The notes below the pieces were generated by a model. The model ran no database searches. It was given only the letters and a program-made list of their open reading frames with translations, and was not told the origin of the DNA. A stretch of 64,000 nucleotides of DNA from Christensenellaceae bacterium (GTDB taxonomy: Bacteria > Bacillota > Clostridia > Christensenellales > UMGS416): assembly GCA_963676355.1 (NCBI GenBank), contig OY781093.1, positions 1,463,010 through 1,527,009 of the forward strand, read 5' to 3'. Numbering within the stretch: position 1 is the first letter of the stretch; the number at the start of each line of letters is the position of its first letter. The translations under genes were made by a program, and so were the position numbers. This document shows, one piece after another, positions 18,939-28,157 of the stretch.

Positions 18939-20867
18939 TTAGCTGTAGTTTTCATCAACAAAAACTTCAGTGTAGTAGGGGAAAACAATGTTTGGTTCGG
19001 GCAACGTGTGCTCAAAGCCTGCATTGTTAAGAGCCTGTGCGAGTGACCCTGCACCTGCGTTGGGGCTGCCTATCATGGCATGAAGTGCGTCAAAGTCCAT
19101 ATTTGGTCCTTTGCCGAACTTCAAATATTCTTGTCCTGAAGAGTTGTATACGCTTCCTTTTGCCATTATTTGAAGGCCTTGAATCGCTTTAAAAGCCTCT
19201 GCATCGTAATGGATATGATAGTAAAAATCAGAATTCGTGTAAATCAGGGTGCTTTGCATTCCAATAAATGAATTGCTCCACCAATTGTGATTCCACTCCA
19301 CATCTCCTTCAGAGTATATTATGCAATTTTTAAAATAGTAATTGTTAAACGAAGATATTGTTGTCTCTTGTCCGGCGTAAAAATAACTGGTTTCAAAGTT
19401 TGCAGTATTTAGCAATAAATCGTCTTTGGCGACTATCTTGCAACTGCTGGAATGGTCAATCGAAGAATGTGCGGAGACCATGCTGGATCCATCAATTATA
19501 ACATCATTGCTTGAATATATGCCTGTGTTTACCATGCCGCGTGTTTTTATAGTTATGTCGCCTCCGGCTGCCAATTTGTTTCCTGAAAGCATTGAAGCTG
19601 TTACTATTGAAATACTTCCGCCTGGGGCTTCAAATGTGCAATTTCGAATAACGTCAATGCATTTTTTTGAGTTGCCTGTGATTGAAACTGAACTATTGGT
19701 ATAAAAAGCTGAGTTTTCTATGATATCTTTTTTGCTGCCAGCATGGCTGTGCATCATCATAGTGCCTTCTGAAGTCATATAAGTGTTTGCTATTTTGATG
19801 GTGTTGCAGTTTATAACCAAAGTGCCGCCGGTATACACAGTGTTTGGACGCGATCCGGATAGAAACTCTGTGCCGTTTGCAATGTTTATTGAACCTTCGA
19901 CATAAAGATGTGTGTCTTTAAATGTCGAATTTGTTATGTTAAGGCCGCCTCCTACAACATATATATCGCAGTTTGTAATTCTTTGGTTTTTAATTCCACC
20001 GCCGCCAATCATATAAATCTTTTTATTTTTGATTTTGTTTCCTGGAAAATCTCCAGGGCCTAACACGTGATACCAGTCATATTTTACGTCTGCCGTGGCT
20101 TCTGTTACTGTGGATGGCATTGGTGGATTGGCGATTGTTCTATCGAATTGATTAAAATAAAGCTGCCATGTTAGAATATCTGAAACTGCAGTGTCATTTT
20201 CGGAAAGATTTGTTGCAGAAAAATAGCTCGGGTTATTAACCACACCATTTATTCTTGCATCGCCTACGGCTTGTAGATAGTTGGAGTTCACAGCTACATT
20301 TTCACCTGATAGAAGAACATAATCCGTTATTGGTGGTGCAGAGGTCCATTCGTATTTTATGGGAGCAGCATCTACTCGCAGTTTGCCAACTACAACTCTT
20401 TGTGTGTTTTCAATGCTTGTTGTGCATGTCACAGTAAATGTGGTGCCCAAATATCCGCTTGACTGTGTTGTAGGAGTCGACATTACACAAACAACCGTTG
20501 TGTTGCCGTCAAGCTCATTTTCTATAAAATCAGGTGTTGCTAAAATGGAGTTTGGGCCTGTGAGTCTGCCAGCAAGATAGGTGAAAAAGTTGTCATAGAG
20601 TGCTTGATATGCCGCATAGTTTGAAACTTGCTTCATAGTCATATAATATTTTGAGACTTCATTTTTAATTGTGGATATGGCTACTTGAGCTGCATTTTCA
20701 GAAGCATAATAAGATCTCTCATTGTCAGTCATGGTATCTGTTGCTACGAGATTGTTTGAAGCACCGGCAATAACGCCCATTCCCACAATCATTAGCACCG
20801 TCATTACGACCAGTGCCGTGAGAAGTGCAGAGCCCTTTTCATTGAATTTTTTTCCCATGTTTTTCAT
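18939..20867 (-). CDS. large GspK/PilX-N-type pseudopilin (PilK-like) fused to parallel beta-helix repeat modules; paralog 1
   Basis: The N-terminus has a hydrophobic pseudopilin helix without Glu5 (GSALLTALVVMTVLMIVGM) and ERSYYASENAAQ, the PilX_N/GspK hallmark. About 450 aa of G/N/T/S-rich repeats with the beta-helix periodicity x-I-x-x-G-x-I follow. The conserved C-terminus is AGFEHTLPEP. Confidence 0.75.
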   Translation of the reverse strand: MKNMGKKFNEKGSALLTALVVMTVLMIVGMGVIAGASNNLVATDTMTDNERSYYASENAAQVAISTIKNEVSKYYMTMKQVSNYAAYQALYDNFFTYLAGRLTGPNSILATPDFIENELDGNTTVVCVMSTPTTQSSGYLGTTFTVTCTTSIENTQRVVVGKLRVDAAPIKYEWTSAPPITDYVLLSGENVAVNSNYLQAVGDARINGVVNNPSYFSATNLSENDTAVSDILTWQLYFNQFDRTIANPPMPSTVTEATADVKYDWYHVLGPGDFPGNKIKNKKIYMIGGGGIKNQRITNCDIYVVGGGLNITNSTFKDTHLYVEGSINIANGTEFLSGSRPNTVYTGGTLVINCNTIKIANTYMTSEGTMMMHSHAGSKKDIIENSAFYTNSSVSITGNSKKCIDVIRNCTFEAPGGSISIVTASMLSGNKLAAGGDITIKTRGMVNTGIYSSNDVIIDGSSMVSAHSSIDHSSSCKIVAKDDLLLNTANFETSYFYAGQETTISSFNNYYFKNCIIYSEGDVEWNHNWWSNSFIGMQSTLIYTNSDFYYHIHYDAEAFKAIQGLQIMAKGSVYNSSGQEYLKFGKGPNMDFDALHAMIGSPNAGAGSLAQALNNAGFEHTLPEPNIVFPYYTEVFVDENYS

Positions 20868-20927
20868 AACGATGCCTCAGAAATTATATTTCTATTATAC
20901 ATACTTTTATTATCATAAAAAAGCAAA

Positions 20928-23009
20928 TTATTGCTCTTTTATGGACTCGCTTGTGAAGACTTCTGTATATAAAGGAAGTTTTATGATGGGTTCGGGCAGA
21001 TAGTGCTCGAATCCTGCAGCGTGTAAAACATCAGCAAGTATTCCTAGGCTTTCATTTGGAAGACCGATATTGTCCTTTATATCTTGTTGGTTCATTAAAT
21101 CGTCCATCGTTGCTTCATCACCAAAACGAAGTATATCAAGCTCCGGTTTGTTATATGTTCCCCAATAGCCTTCGGTATCGACGTCATCGGTTTCAAAGGA
21201 ATATATATTGCCCAAAGCCATAAGCTGCATTCCTGCTGCTTTTGAAACACCTGTACCTGTGTAGGTAAGCTCTGTGCCTCGCCCTGAAAAATAAAAATCA
21301 CTGTTTGTATAAACCAGAGTTGAAATCATAGTGTCCATGAAGCCGTTCCAGTCGTTTGCGTAGATAACGTCGTTTTCTGCATACATGATACAATTTATAA
21401 TGCTGTTTCCGGATGTCATTATAATATTCAACGTTCCGCCGGTGTAAAAATAACAATCTTCAAAGTTTGCATGTTCAATTATAAGATCACCTTTTGAACA
21501 ATATTTTGTTCTATATGATCTAAACGACAGATCGCCGTAGGTATACCATGCAGTGCCGTCAAAGTGTATATAACCTTCGGCGAAAACTTCTGAATCGGAT
21601 ACACCTTTGTTTGCCAGTATCACATTGCCGCCGCTATAGACTTTGGATGCAGAGTGCATAGTAGCTGTGTGTAAAGTGATGTCACCATATGCTGTTTCAA
21701 AGGTACAGTGGGCAATGTTTTCGATAGTAGGATCGATAGGACCGCCGGGTGTTCCTGTTGTGATGTTGCCATTTGCATAGAATTGGCATTCAATCAAGTT
21801 ATCATTATAGTTATCTGTCAGTGAAGATACATAAATATTGCCGCCCGCCTTAAAACTTCCGTATTCAACTGAGCCATCCTTTTTATCCACATACTTGCCG
21901 ATTTTAAGGATAATGTCACCACCTGCAGTGTAATATCTTCTGTTATTTTTGTTGTTTACCACATCGGCAAGCTCGATATAGATATCTCCGCCGGCACGGA
22001 TGTTTGTGCCGTATATCGTGTTGTTCTGGATGCCCATATCCTCGTCGATGATATATACATTGCCTGTTGCGTAAATCTGCGAGTTTATAACGTCAATGTT
22101 TTTTATTGTAAGATTGCCGTCGCAGTAGATATTTTTCGTTACAACGTTTGCAGTATCATACACTGTGTCCCCGTGGAACTCATAGCCGTTGCTAACAAGG
22201 TCTTGCGCAACGCCACCCGAAAGATTTATCACCGGGGCAGTGTAAGGATCCGCCACACTTTTGTCAAACTGATCCCAGAATAGCTTCCAAGTGAGGTCTT
22301 CTTCTACAGTGTAGTCGTAGGTTGAAAGATTGCCAGATGAAAAGGTTGAAGTAGTATCATTCACAGTTCCTGCTATGCGTCCGTCACCTTCAATTGTGAT
22401 TTTATTTTCATCATTTTCACGGTCAACATCTATATCGCCACCCAATATAAGAACCTCATCGGTTAGTATAGGCGCAGTTGTATACTGAAACTTTACAGGA
22501 GCGGCATCCACATTTAGTGTGCAGGTTACAGTCCTTGGAACGCCATCTATAATAGTTGTGCTGGTAACAGTAAATGTAACTCCGTTATATCCGCTTGGCT
22601 GCATCGTGGGAGTACTCATTGTGCAGGTGAGCGATGTTGTGCCATCAAGTTCATTTTGCACAAAGTCAGGATCTGCAAGGATTGAGCCTTCGCCTATAAG
22701 ACGAGATTCCAGATAAGTAAAGAAGCTATTATACAGCGACAAATATGTGCTGTAAGTATCACTTTCACCCATTTGCATATAATATTTTGTGACTTCATCT
22801 TTGATGGTGGACATTGCAAGCTGAGTTGCGTTTTCTGCAGCGTAGTAAGAGCGCTCATTTTGAGTAACGGTTTTTGAAATGTTCATGTTATTTGCAGACG
22901 AAGCTATGCTAACCATAGCAATTACAACCATGATGGTCATTACAGCTATTGCAGTAACGAGTGCTGAGCCCCTTGTGTTTCCAGCGATATTTTTTTTCAT
23001 TTGTTTCAC
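20928..23009 (-). CDS. large GspK/PilX-N-type pseudopilin (PilK-like) fused to parallel beta-helix repeat modules; paralog 2
   Basis: It has the same architecture as 18939-20867 (GSALVTAIAVMTIMVVIAM...ERSYYAAENATQ; C-terminal AAGFEHYLPEP). The two genes are in tandem on the same strand. Confidence 0.75.
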   Translation of the reverse strand: MKQMKKNIAGNTRGSALVTAIAVMTIMVVIAMVSIASSANNMNISKTVTQNERSYYAAENATQLAMSTIKDEVTKYYMQMGESDTYSTYLSLYNSFFTYLESRLIGEGSILADPDFVQNELDGTTSLTCTMSTPTMQPSGYNGVTFTVTSTTIIDGVPRTVTCTLNVDAAPVKFQYTTAPILTDEVLILGGDIDVDRENDENKITIEGDGRIAGTVNDTTSTFSSGNLSTYDYTVEEDLTWKLFWDQFDKSVADPYTAPVINLSGGVAQDLVSNGYEFHGDTVYDTANVVTKNIYCDGNLTIKNIDVINSQIYATGNVYIIDEDMGIQNNTIYGTNIRAGGDIYIELADVVNNKNNRRYYTAGGDIILKIGKYVDKKDGSVEYGSFKAGGNIYVSSLTDNYNDNLIECQFYANGNITTGTPGGPIDPTIENIAHCTFETAYGDITLHTATMHSASKVYSGGNVILANKGVSDSEVFAEGYIHFDGTAWYTYGDLSFRSYRTKYCSKGDLIIEHANFEDCYFYTGGTLNIIMTSGNSIINCIMYAENDVIYANDWNGFMDTMISTLVYTNSDFYFSGRGTELTYTGTGVSKAAGMQLMALGNIYSFETDDVDTEGYWGTYNKPELDILRFGDEATMDDLMNQQDIKDNIGLPNESLGILADVLHAAGFEHYLPEPIIKLPLYTEVFTSESIKEQ

Positions 23010-23033
23010 TTCCAGATAAATTTATGTGCATCA

Positions 23034-23483
23034 TCATGGAGGAGAAGGTCTTTCAAATTCTTTTATTGTTATTGAAGAGTTAAGCTGGGAAGATTCTTCA
23101 GTTGATCTAATGGAATAATTCACTGTATCACCTGTAAGAGTTACAGTAAAAACTGTTATATCTCTCGCAATTACTGTTGTGATTCCCGACTGTTGTTTGC
23201 TGATTGTTGAGTTTGCGCTTGTGTAATATATAGTTAAGTCGTCAATAGTTATTGACGAATTGCTATTGCCTATTGTAATGTCGGAAAGGTCAGCATTTCT
23301 TAACTGCTTTGAAAGCTCGTACATAACAAGCCTTGTGTTTGACTGACCTGTCATTACGCTGCTTACTTTTTCGTAATTTCTGAAGCCTGATACAAACAAT
23401 GTGCCAGCAAGAGTTATCACAGTGGCAAATATTGCCGCCGCTATCAATAGCTCCATTAGCGTAATTCCTTTGTTGTTTTTCAT
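23034..23483 (-). CDS. minor pilin/pseudopilin with prepilin-type N-terminal cleavage/methylation domain
   Basis: The N-terminus reads KG|ITLMELLIAAAIFATVITLAG. This is a class III signal with Glu5. Confidence 0.8.
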   Translation of the reverse strand: MKNNKGITLMELLIAAAIFATVITLAGTLFVSGFRNYEKVSSVMTGQSNTRLVMYELSKQLRNADLSDITIGNSNSSITIDDLTIYYTSANSTISKQQSGITTVIARDITVFTVTLTGDTVNYSIRSTEESSQLNSSITIKEFERPSPP

Positions 23484-23496
23484 ATCAGTCGCTCCC

Positions 23497-24351
23497 TCAT
23501 GAAAGACTCACTTCAAAAGTGCCTTCCACAAATCCTATCCTTCTCGTATTGTCGTCTATGTCAAAAACTTGTACAACAGAGTGCAATAGCGTTGTGCTGT
23601 GGTCGTTAACACCGTAGTATATGTTTGAAGTTGCTAGCTGCGAACATACTAGATCTTCATAATTAGACTTACGAGCATATTCAACGATGTGCACACGGGA
23701 AGTGTCTCCATTTATTGATAGAGTAACAGCTGGTGTGTTCACCTTTTTTTTGCTTATATTTACTATCACAACAAGCGGGCTTGAGGCGTATTTTTTAGAA
23801 AATGACATTGCAGATTGTGATCCAACCTGAACGGATGCCGTTGCAGAAGCCAAAGAGCTTGTTAATGTGATATTGCCAACAGCAGCTGTCTGTGTTCCCG
23901 AGTTTGCAGTGTCGTCTGTTCCGCTTGTGCCAATTATCTTCACCTGTTCTCCTATAATATTTATATGAAGATATGATGGGTTGTCTGATATGGTTAAATC
24001 CGGATAAGCACCGTCGGGATAAATATGTTTTTGTATATAGCAGTCGTTTGATCCGTCGCCATCGGAGTCGTACAAAACTTTAGCGGTTGAGGTTGAAAGC
24101 AATGTGCTGTAATCTTCAGCCACCAGATTTTCATAGACCTGTTGGGCGACATATGCGCCATCAAGTAAATCTTGCGAAACCATGGTTGTCTGCATGGCAG
24201 AAGTGAAAACTGCAAGTATAGGGGTTATAATAATCGTTAAAATAACTAAACTTATTAAAACTTCAAGAAGTGTGAAGCCTTTTTTGTTTTTTATGAAAGA
24301 AAAATCAATTTTTATTTTATGATTCTCCAACCCGTTCATGTTATCACCCAA
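23497..24351 (-). CDS. minor pilin with prepilin-type N-terminal domain (284 aa)
   Basis: The N-terminus reads KKG|FTLLEVLISLVILTIIITPILAVF, the canonical prepilin leader. Confidence 0.8.
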   Translation of the reverse strand: MGDNMNGLENHKIKIDFSFIKNKKGFTLLEVLISLVILTIIITPILAVFTSAMQTTMVSQDLLDGAYVAQQVYENLVAEDYSTLLSTSTAKVLYDSDGDGSNDCYIQKHIYPDGAYPDLTISDNPSYLHINIIGEQVKIIGTSGTDDTANSGTQTAAVGNITLTSSLASATASVQVGSQSAMSFSKKYASSPLVVIVNISKKKVNTPAVTLSINGDTSRVHIVEYARKSNYEDLVCSQLATSNIYYGVNDHSTTLLHSVVQVFDIDDNTRRIGFVEGTFEVSLS

Positions 24352-25188
24352 TTATTTTATTATAAGACTCATGTACCATTCAATAAGCTTACTGCCGTAC
24401 AGCATTGATGTCAGACTGCCGACTGCAAGGAATGGACCAAATGCCATATAATGTCCCTTTTTTTCTTGATCATCATTTTCAGAATCCTGATTTCTTGATT
24501 TCCTTTTGGCATAAAGCAGTATTATTGCACCTGCTATACCACCAAGGTATACTGCAATAATCAGTGCAGCTACTGTAAGCTTCAAGCCGAGGAATAAACC
24601 TACAACCGCCATTAGCTTCATGTCTCCGCCACCCATTCCGTCTTTTTTGGCGATTAGCTTTGCTCCTAGGTTTATAACAAGTAGGGGAGTAAACCCTGCA
24701 AGCGCACCGTAGAGCGCATCTAGAGCATTTCTAAGATAGCTCCCGCTTGTGTCGGGGACTACTTTGGCTGCGACAAATATAATGCCTACAACTGCTCCAA
24801 AAATCATGAGACCATTTGGAATGGTTTGTGTGTCTATATCAATAAACGTCACAGTTATCAAAAGCGCAGTCAGCGTAAGAGCGGCCAAAAGATATAAGTT
24901 AAGTCCGATAATAAAATACACGCCAATAAACAACAAACCCGTCAAAAGCTCCACAAGCATATATCTTGGTGAGATTTTGCTTCCGCAGTGTCTGCACTTT
25001 CCTTTTAGAAAAAGCCAAGAAAAAACTGGGACAAGATCTAAAGGTGTAAGCCTTTTTTTACACTTCGGGCAATGAGATGGCGGCATTACAATTGATTCGC
25101 CTGCCGGTATTCTATAGATACAGACATTCAGAAACGAACCGATTATAAGACCAAAAACGAAGATTGTAATAATTATCAGATATTCCAT
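24352..25188 (-). CDS. pilD: prepilin peptidase / N-methyltransferase (A24 family)
   Basis: It has the CPKC...CRHC zinc motif, DUF/Peptidase_A24 TM helices, and the GGGDMKLMAVVGLFLG catalytic Asp region. Confidence 0.9.
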   Translation of the reverse strand: MEYLIIITIFVFGLIIGSFLNVCIYRIPAGESIVMPPSHCPKCKKRLTPLDLVPVFSWLFLKGKCRHCGSKISPRYMLVELLTGLLFIGVYFIIGLNLYLLAALTLTALLITVTFIDIDTQTIPNGLMIFGAVVGIIFVAAKVVPDTSGSYLRNALDALYGALAGFTPLLVINLGAKLIAKKDGMGGGDMKLMAVVGLFLGLKLTVAALIIAVYLGGIAGAIILLYAKRKSRNQDSENDDQEKKGHYMAFGPFLAVGSLTSMLYGSKLIEWYMSLIIK

Positions 25189-25214
25189 ATAACCTCAGCT
25201 AATCTTAGTAGAAA

Positions 25215-25252
25215 AAAAGAGGCATCTGAAATCAAATGCCCCCTTTTGAAAT
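25215..25252 (-). terminator. intrinsic terminator/attenuator immediately after pilA
   Basis: On the minus strand: ggggcat-ttgatttcag-atgcctc followed by a T7 run. It lies between pilA and pilD and would allow partial read-through. Confidence 0.55.
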
Positions 25253-25259
25253 TCTAATG

Positions 25260-25616
25260 TTATTCGGATGCTTCATTAACGGTGGCATTTCCGTCAGCCG
25301 CAACTGCCAACCATAAAAGAGCGGCGGTATAGTCTGCTTCACTCATTGTAACGTCAATGTCTGATGCTGTATTAAATGCTGCAGCTGTTGCCGGCTCAGC
25401 CACAATGCGTGCAGCTGCATCGTTTAAAGCATTATGTGTGTTTATAGCGCCAGCGAGTATAGCCGCATTAGCTCTATTGCTTGCATCTTCAGCTTGGTCT
25501 CTGACGGTCAGATAATTGGGTATAGCAACTGCTGCTAAAATAGCGATAATTGCAATAACCACGATAAGTTCAATCATCGTGAAACCCTTTTTATTCTTTT
25601 TCATTTTCTTAATCAT
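25260..25616 (-). CDS. pilA: type IV major pilin
   Basis: The N-terminus reads KKG|FTMIELIVVIAIIAILAAVAIPNY, a canonical class III signal with alpha1 helix. The 118-aa size and the dedicated promoter and terminator fit a major pilin. Confidence 0.9.
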   Translation of the reverse strand: MIKKMKKNKKGFTMIELIVVIAIIAILAAVAIPNYLTVRDQAEDASNRANAAILAGAINTHNALNDAAARIVAEPATAAAFNTASDIDVTMSEADYTAALLWLAVAADGNATVNEASE

Positions 25617-25834
25617 AATACACTCCTATAAATAATTATTTCTTCATTGTTAATAACAAATACCACATATATTATATCATATATTTCAAATTTGATATAT
25701 ATAGAATCATATATATAACTAAAAGTTATTTACAAAATATATATAAACCAAGCAATATATATTCAAACATAAATATTTATTTTTTTTCAGTTTCGAGAAC
25801 TTTTTTTTCTTTTCAGAGCAAGTATTTGACTTTT
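25617..25834 (-). promoter_or_regulatory. pilA promoter/leader region
   Basis: This is an AT-rich 218-bp gap. An extended -10 (TGATATAAT) sits on the minus strand at 25669-25677. Two A8/T8 homopolymer tracts lie at 25780-25787 and 25801-25808. An AGGAG RBS precedes the pilA ATG. Confidence 0.5.
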
Positions 25835-27040
25835 CTACATAATATTCATCATTTCGAACATTGGAAGCAGTATAGAAATGACAATAAATAACACCATTCC
25901 GCCCAAAATCACGATAATCAAAGGCTCAAGCATCGACATCATTCTGGTGATTGCATCGTTTGCTTCATCAGTGTAATAGTCTGATGTTCTTTGTAACATA
26001 TCTTCAAGTGTTCCAGACTCTTCACCGACTCTTGTCATGTGATGAACCATAGGGGGGAATACATCCATCTCTTCTAATGTGTCAGCTAGCGCGTGCCCCT
26101 GTTTAATATTATCGGCAACTGCTATAAGCCCTTCTTCGACAAAAAGATTGTTTATAGAGCGTGAAGTAACTTCGATAGCCACAGTGAGTGGAACGCCGGC
26201 TGAAAAAAGCGTGCAAAGTGTTCGAGTAAATCGTGCTGCTACTATTTTTTTTATGAGCTTTCCGAACATAGGGAGTTTAAGCTTTGTTTTGTCCCATTCA
26301 ATTCTGCCTGAATGAGTTTTAAGAATAACGCGAATAGAAACAACTATAAGCAAGATGATGCCTGCAAGAAGAATATAATTGAATCTTACAAAATCACTCA
26401 TGTTGATCAAAAGCTGTGTTACGCCAGGAAGTTCATTGCCTGTGCTTTCAAAGATGCCTACAAAAGTTGGAACAACTTCAGCTAAGAGATAGATAACAAC
26501 AATAATCGCCACAACTCCAACAACAGCGGGGTATGTAAGTGCATTTTTAATTTTGTTTTGAAGTTTGTAGTCTTTTTCAAAATTTTCGCCCATGCGCTCA
26601 AAAGCATCATCTAAAGTTCCGGATAGCTCGCCTGCTTCCAAGATAGAATAAAACATAGTGGGGAACTTTTCATCATGGTCTCTGAAGGCCTCAGAAAGCG
26701 AGCGTCCAACCTGCACCTTTTCAAATACATCTTCTAGCACTTTTCTTAAGACTTTGTTTTCAGTTTGCGTTTGCATGATGTTAAGCCCTTGAGAAAGAGG
26801 AACACCTGCTTTTAAAATCGCTCCAAACTGCTGGCAAAAAATTGTTAGCACTTTTGCAGGTATTTTAGAAAAAAACTTTATTTCTTTTGAACCTACATTT
26901 TCCTCAACAACATTTATTTCAATAGGATAAAAAGCTTTTTCGCGCAACATGTTGCGCACGGAGATTTCATCGTTTGCTTCATAGACCCCTTCGATTTTTT
27001 GTCCGGTTATATTGGATGCTTTATATTGATATTTGGGCAT
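25835..27040 (-). CDS. pilC: type IV pilus inner-membrane platform protein (GspF/PilC family)
   Basis: The 401-aa product has two T2SSF repeats and three TM segments. Confidence 0.9.
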   Translation of the reverse strand: MPKYQYKASNITGQKIEGVYEANDEISVRNMLREKAFYPIEINVVEENVGSKEIKFFSKIPAKVLTIFCQQFGAILKAGVPLSQGLNIMQTQTENKVLRKVLEDVFEKVQVGRSLSEAFRDHDEKFPTMFYSILEAGELSGTLDDAFERMGENFEKDYKLQNKIKNALTYPAVVGVVAIIVVIYLLAEVVPTFVGIFESTGNELPGVTQLLINMSDFVRFNYILLAGIILLIVVSIRVILKTHSGRIEWDKTKLKLPMFGKLIKKIVAARFTRTLCTLFSAGVPLTVAIEVTSRSINNLFVEEGLIAVADNIKQGHALADTLEEMDVFPPMVHHMTRVGEESGTLEDMLQRTSDYYTDEANDAITRMMSMLEPLIIVILGGMVLFIVISILLPMFEMMNIM

Positions 27041-27075
27041 TAAATGTCTCCTTCGCAGACTTAGATTGTTTTATT

Positions 27076-28134
27076 TTAGATGCGCAGCAGCCTTTTGAGA
27101 TAATCAGGATCAACACTGTACATAAGTGCATCGTCAAGGGAAATCTTGCCGCCTTGATATAGCTCTGCAATGGCATTGTCCATAGTCACCATGCCCTGGC
27201 GCGCGGATGTCATTATAACGTTGTTTATCTGTGGTGTTTTACCTTCGCGGATTAGGTTTCGAATGGCGGGGTTTGCCATCATAATCTCTATGGCGGCCAA
27301 TCGTCCCTGTTTGTCAGACCTTGGTATAAGCTGCTGTGAAATTACACCCACCAATGTCATTGAAAGCTGGGTACGTATCTGTTGCTGCTGATGCGGAGGG
27401 AAAACATCTATTATTCTGTCGATGGTTTTTGCAGCGCCGACAGTATGCAATGTCGACAACACAAGGTGCCCTGTTTCAGCAGCGGTCAGTGCGATGGATA
27501 TAGTCTCCAAGTCACGCATTTCACCGATTAGTATAATATCAGGATCTTGACGGAGTGCGGCACGCAAAGCGTTTGAGTATGATTTTGAGTCGTTGCCGAT
27601 TTCGCGTTGGTTCACAATGCTTTTTTTATGTTTGTGCAAATATTCTATAGGATCTTCAAGTGTTAGAATATGCTCATCCCTTGTTGAGTTCATAACATCA
27701 ATCATAGCGGCAAGAGTCGTTGACTTACCAGAACCTGTGGGACCTGTCACTAAAACAAGACCACGCGTTTTGGAACAAAAGTCATTTAATATATTGGGCA
27801 AGCCTAGCTGATGAAAGTCCAATATCTTGCCTTCGACAAGTCGCATCGCGGCGGCATATGAATTTCTTTGTTTATAGGCATTTACTCTGTATCGGTATTT
27901 CCCGAACACGGAAATAGAAAAGTCCAATTCGCCGCGTTCTTCAAGAAGCTGTCTTTGATCTTCTTTTAAGATGCTGTAAACGAATTCCTTGGCAGCTGAG
28001 GGGGTTATTCTTTCATCATTTAGATAATGAAGATGACCATGTATCCTTGAAACAGGGGGGATACCAACTGTTATATGCAAATCTGAAGCACCTAAGTCGG
28101 CACTTTTTTTGAGAAGCTCATGTATATCCATCAA
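27076..28134 (-). CDS. pilT: twitching-motility retraction ATPase PilT
   Basis: It has Walker A (GPTGSGKSTT), the Asp box and His box. At 352 aa it lacks the N-terminal extension of PilB. Confidence 0.9.
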   Translation of the reverse strand: MMDIHELLKKSADLGASDLHITVGIPPVSRIHGHLHYLNDERITPSAAKEFVYSILKEDQRQLLEERGELDFSISVFGKYRYRVNAYKQRNSYAAAMRLVEGKILDFHQLGLPNILNDFCSKTRGLVLVTGPTGSGKSTTLAAMIDVMNSTRDEHILTLEDPIEYLHKHKKSIVNQREIGNDSKSYSNALRAALRQDPDIILIGEMRDLETISIALTAAETGHLVLSTLHTVGAAKTIDRIIDVFPPHQQQQIRTQLSMTLVGVISQQLIPRSDKQGRLAAIEIMMANPAIRNLIREGKTPQINNVIMTSARQGMVTMDNAIAELYQGGKISLDDALMYSVDPDYLKRLLRI

Positions 28135-28157
28135 AATCCTCTTTAAGTTTAAATTTG

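Noticed and set aside
25780-25808. T8 tracts as rho-independent terminator tails for pilC.
   Set aside because: No stable GC stem precedes them on the minus strand, so they are better explained as promoter or UP-element A-tracts for pilA. They are kept only as a low-interest phase-variation idea.
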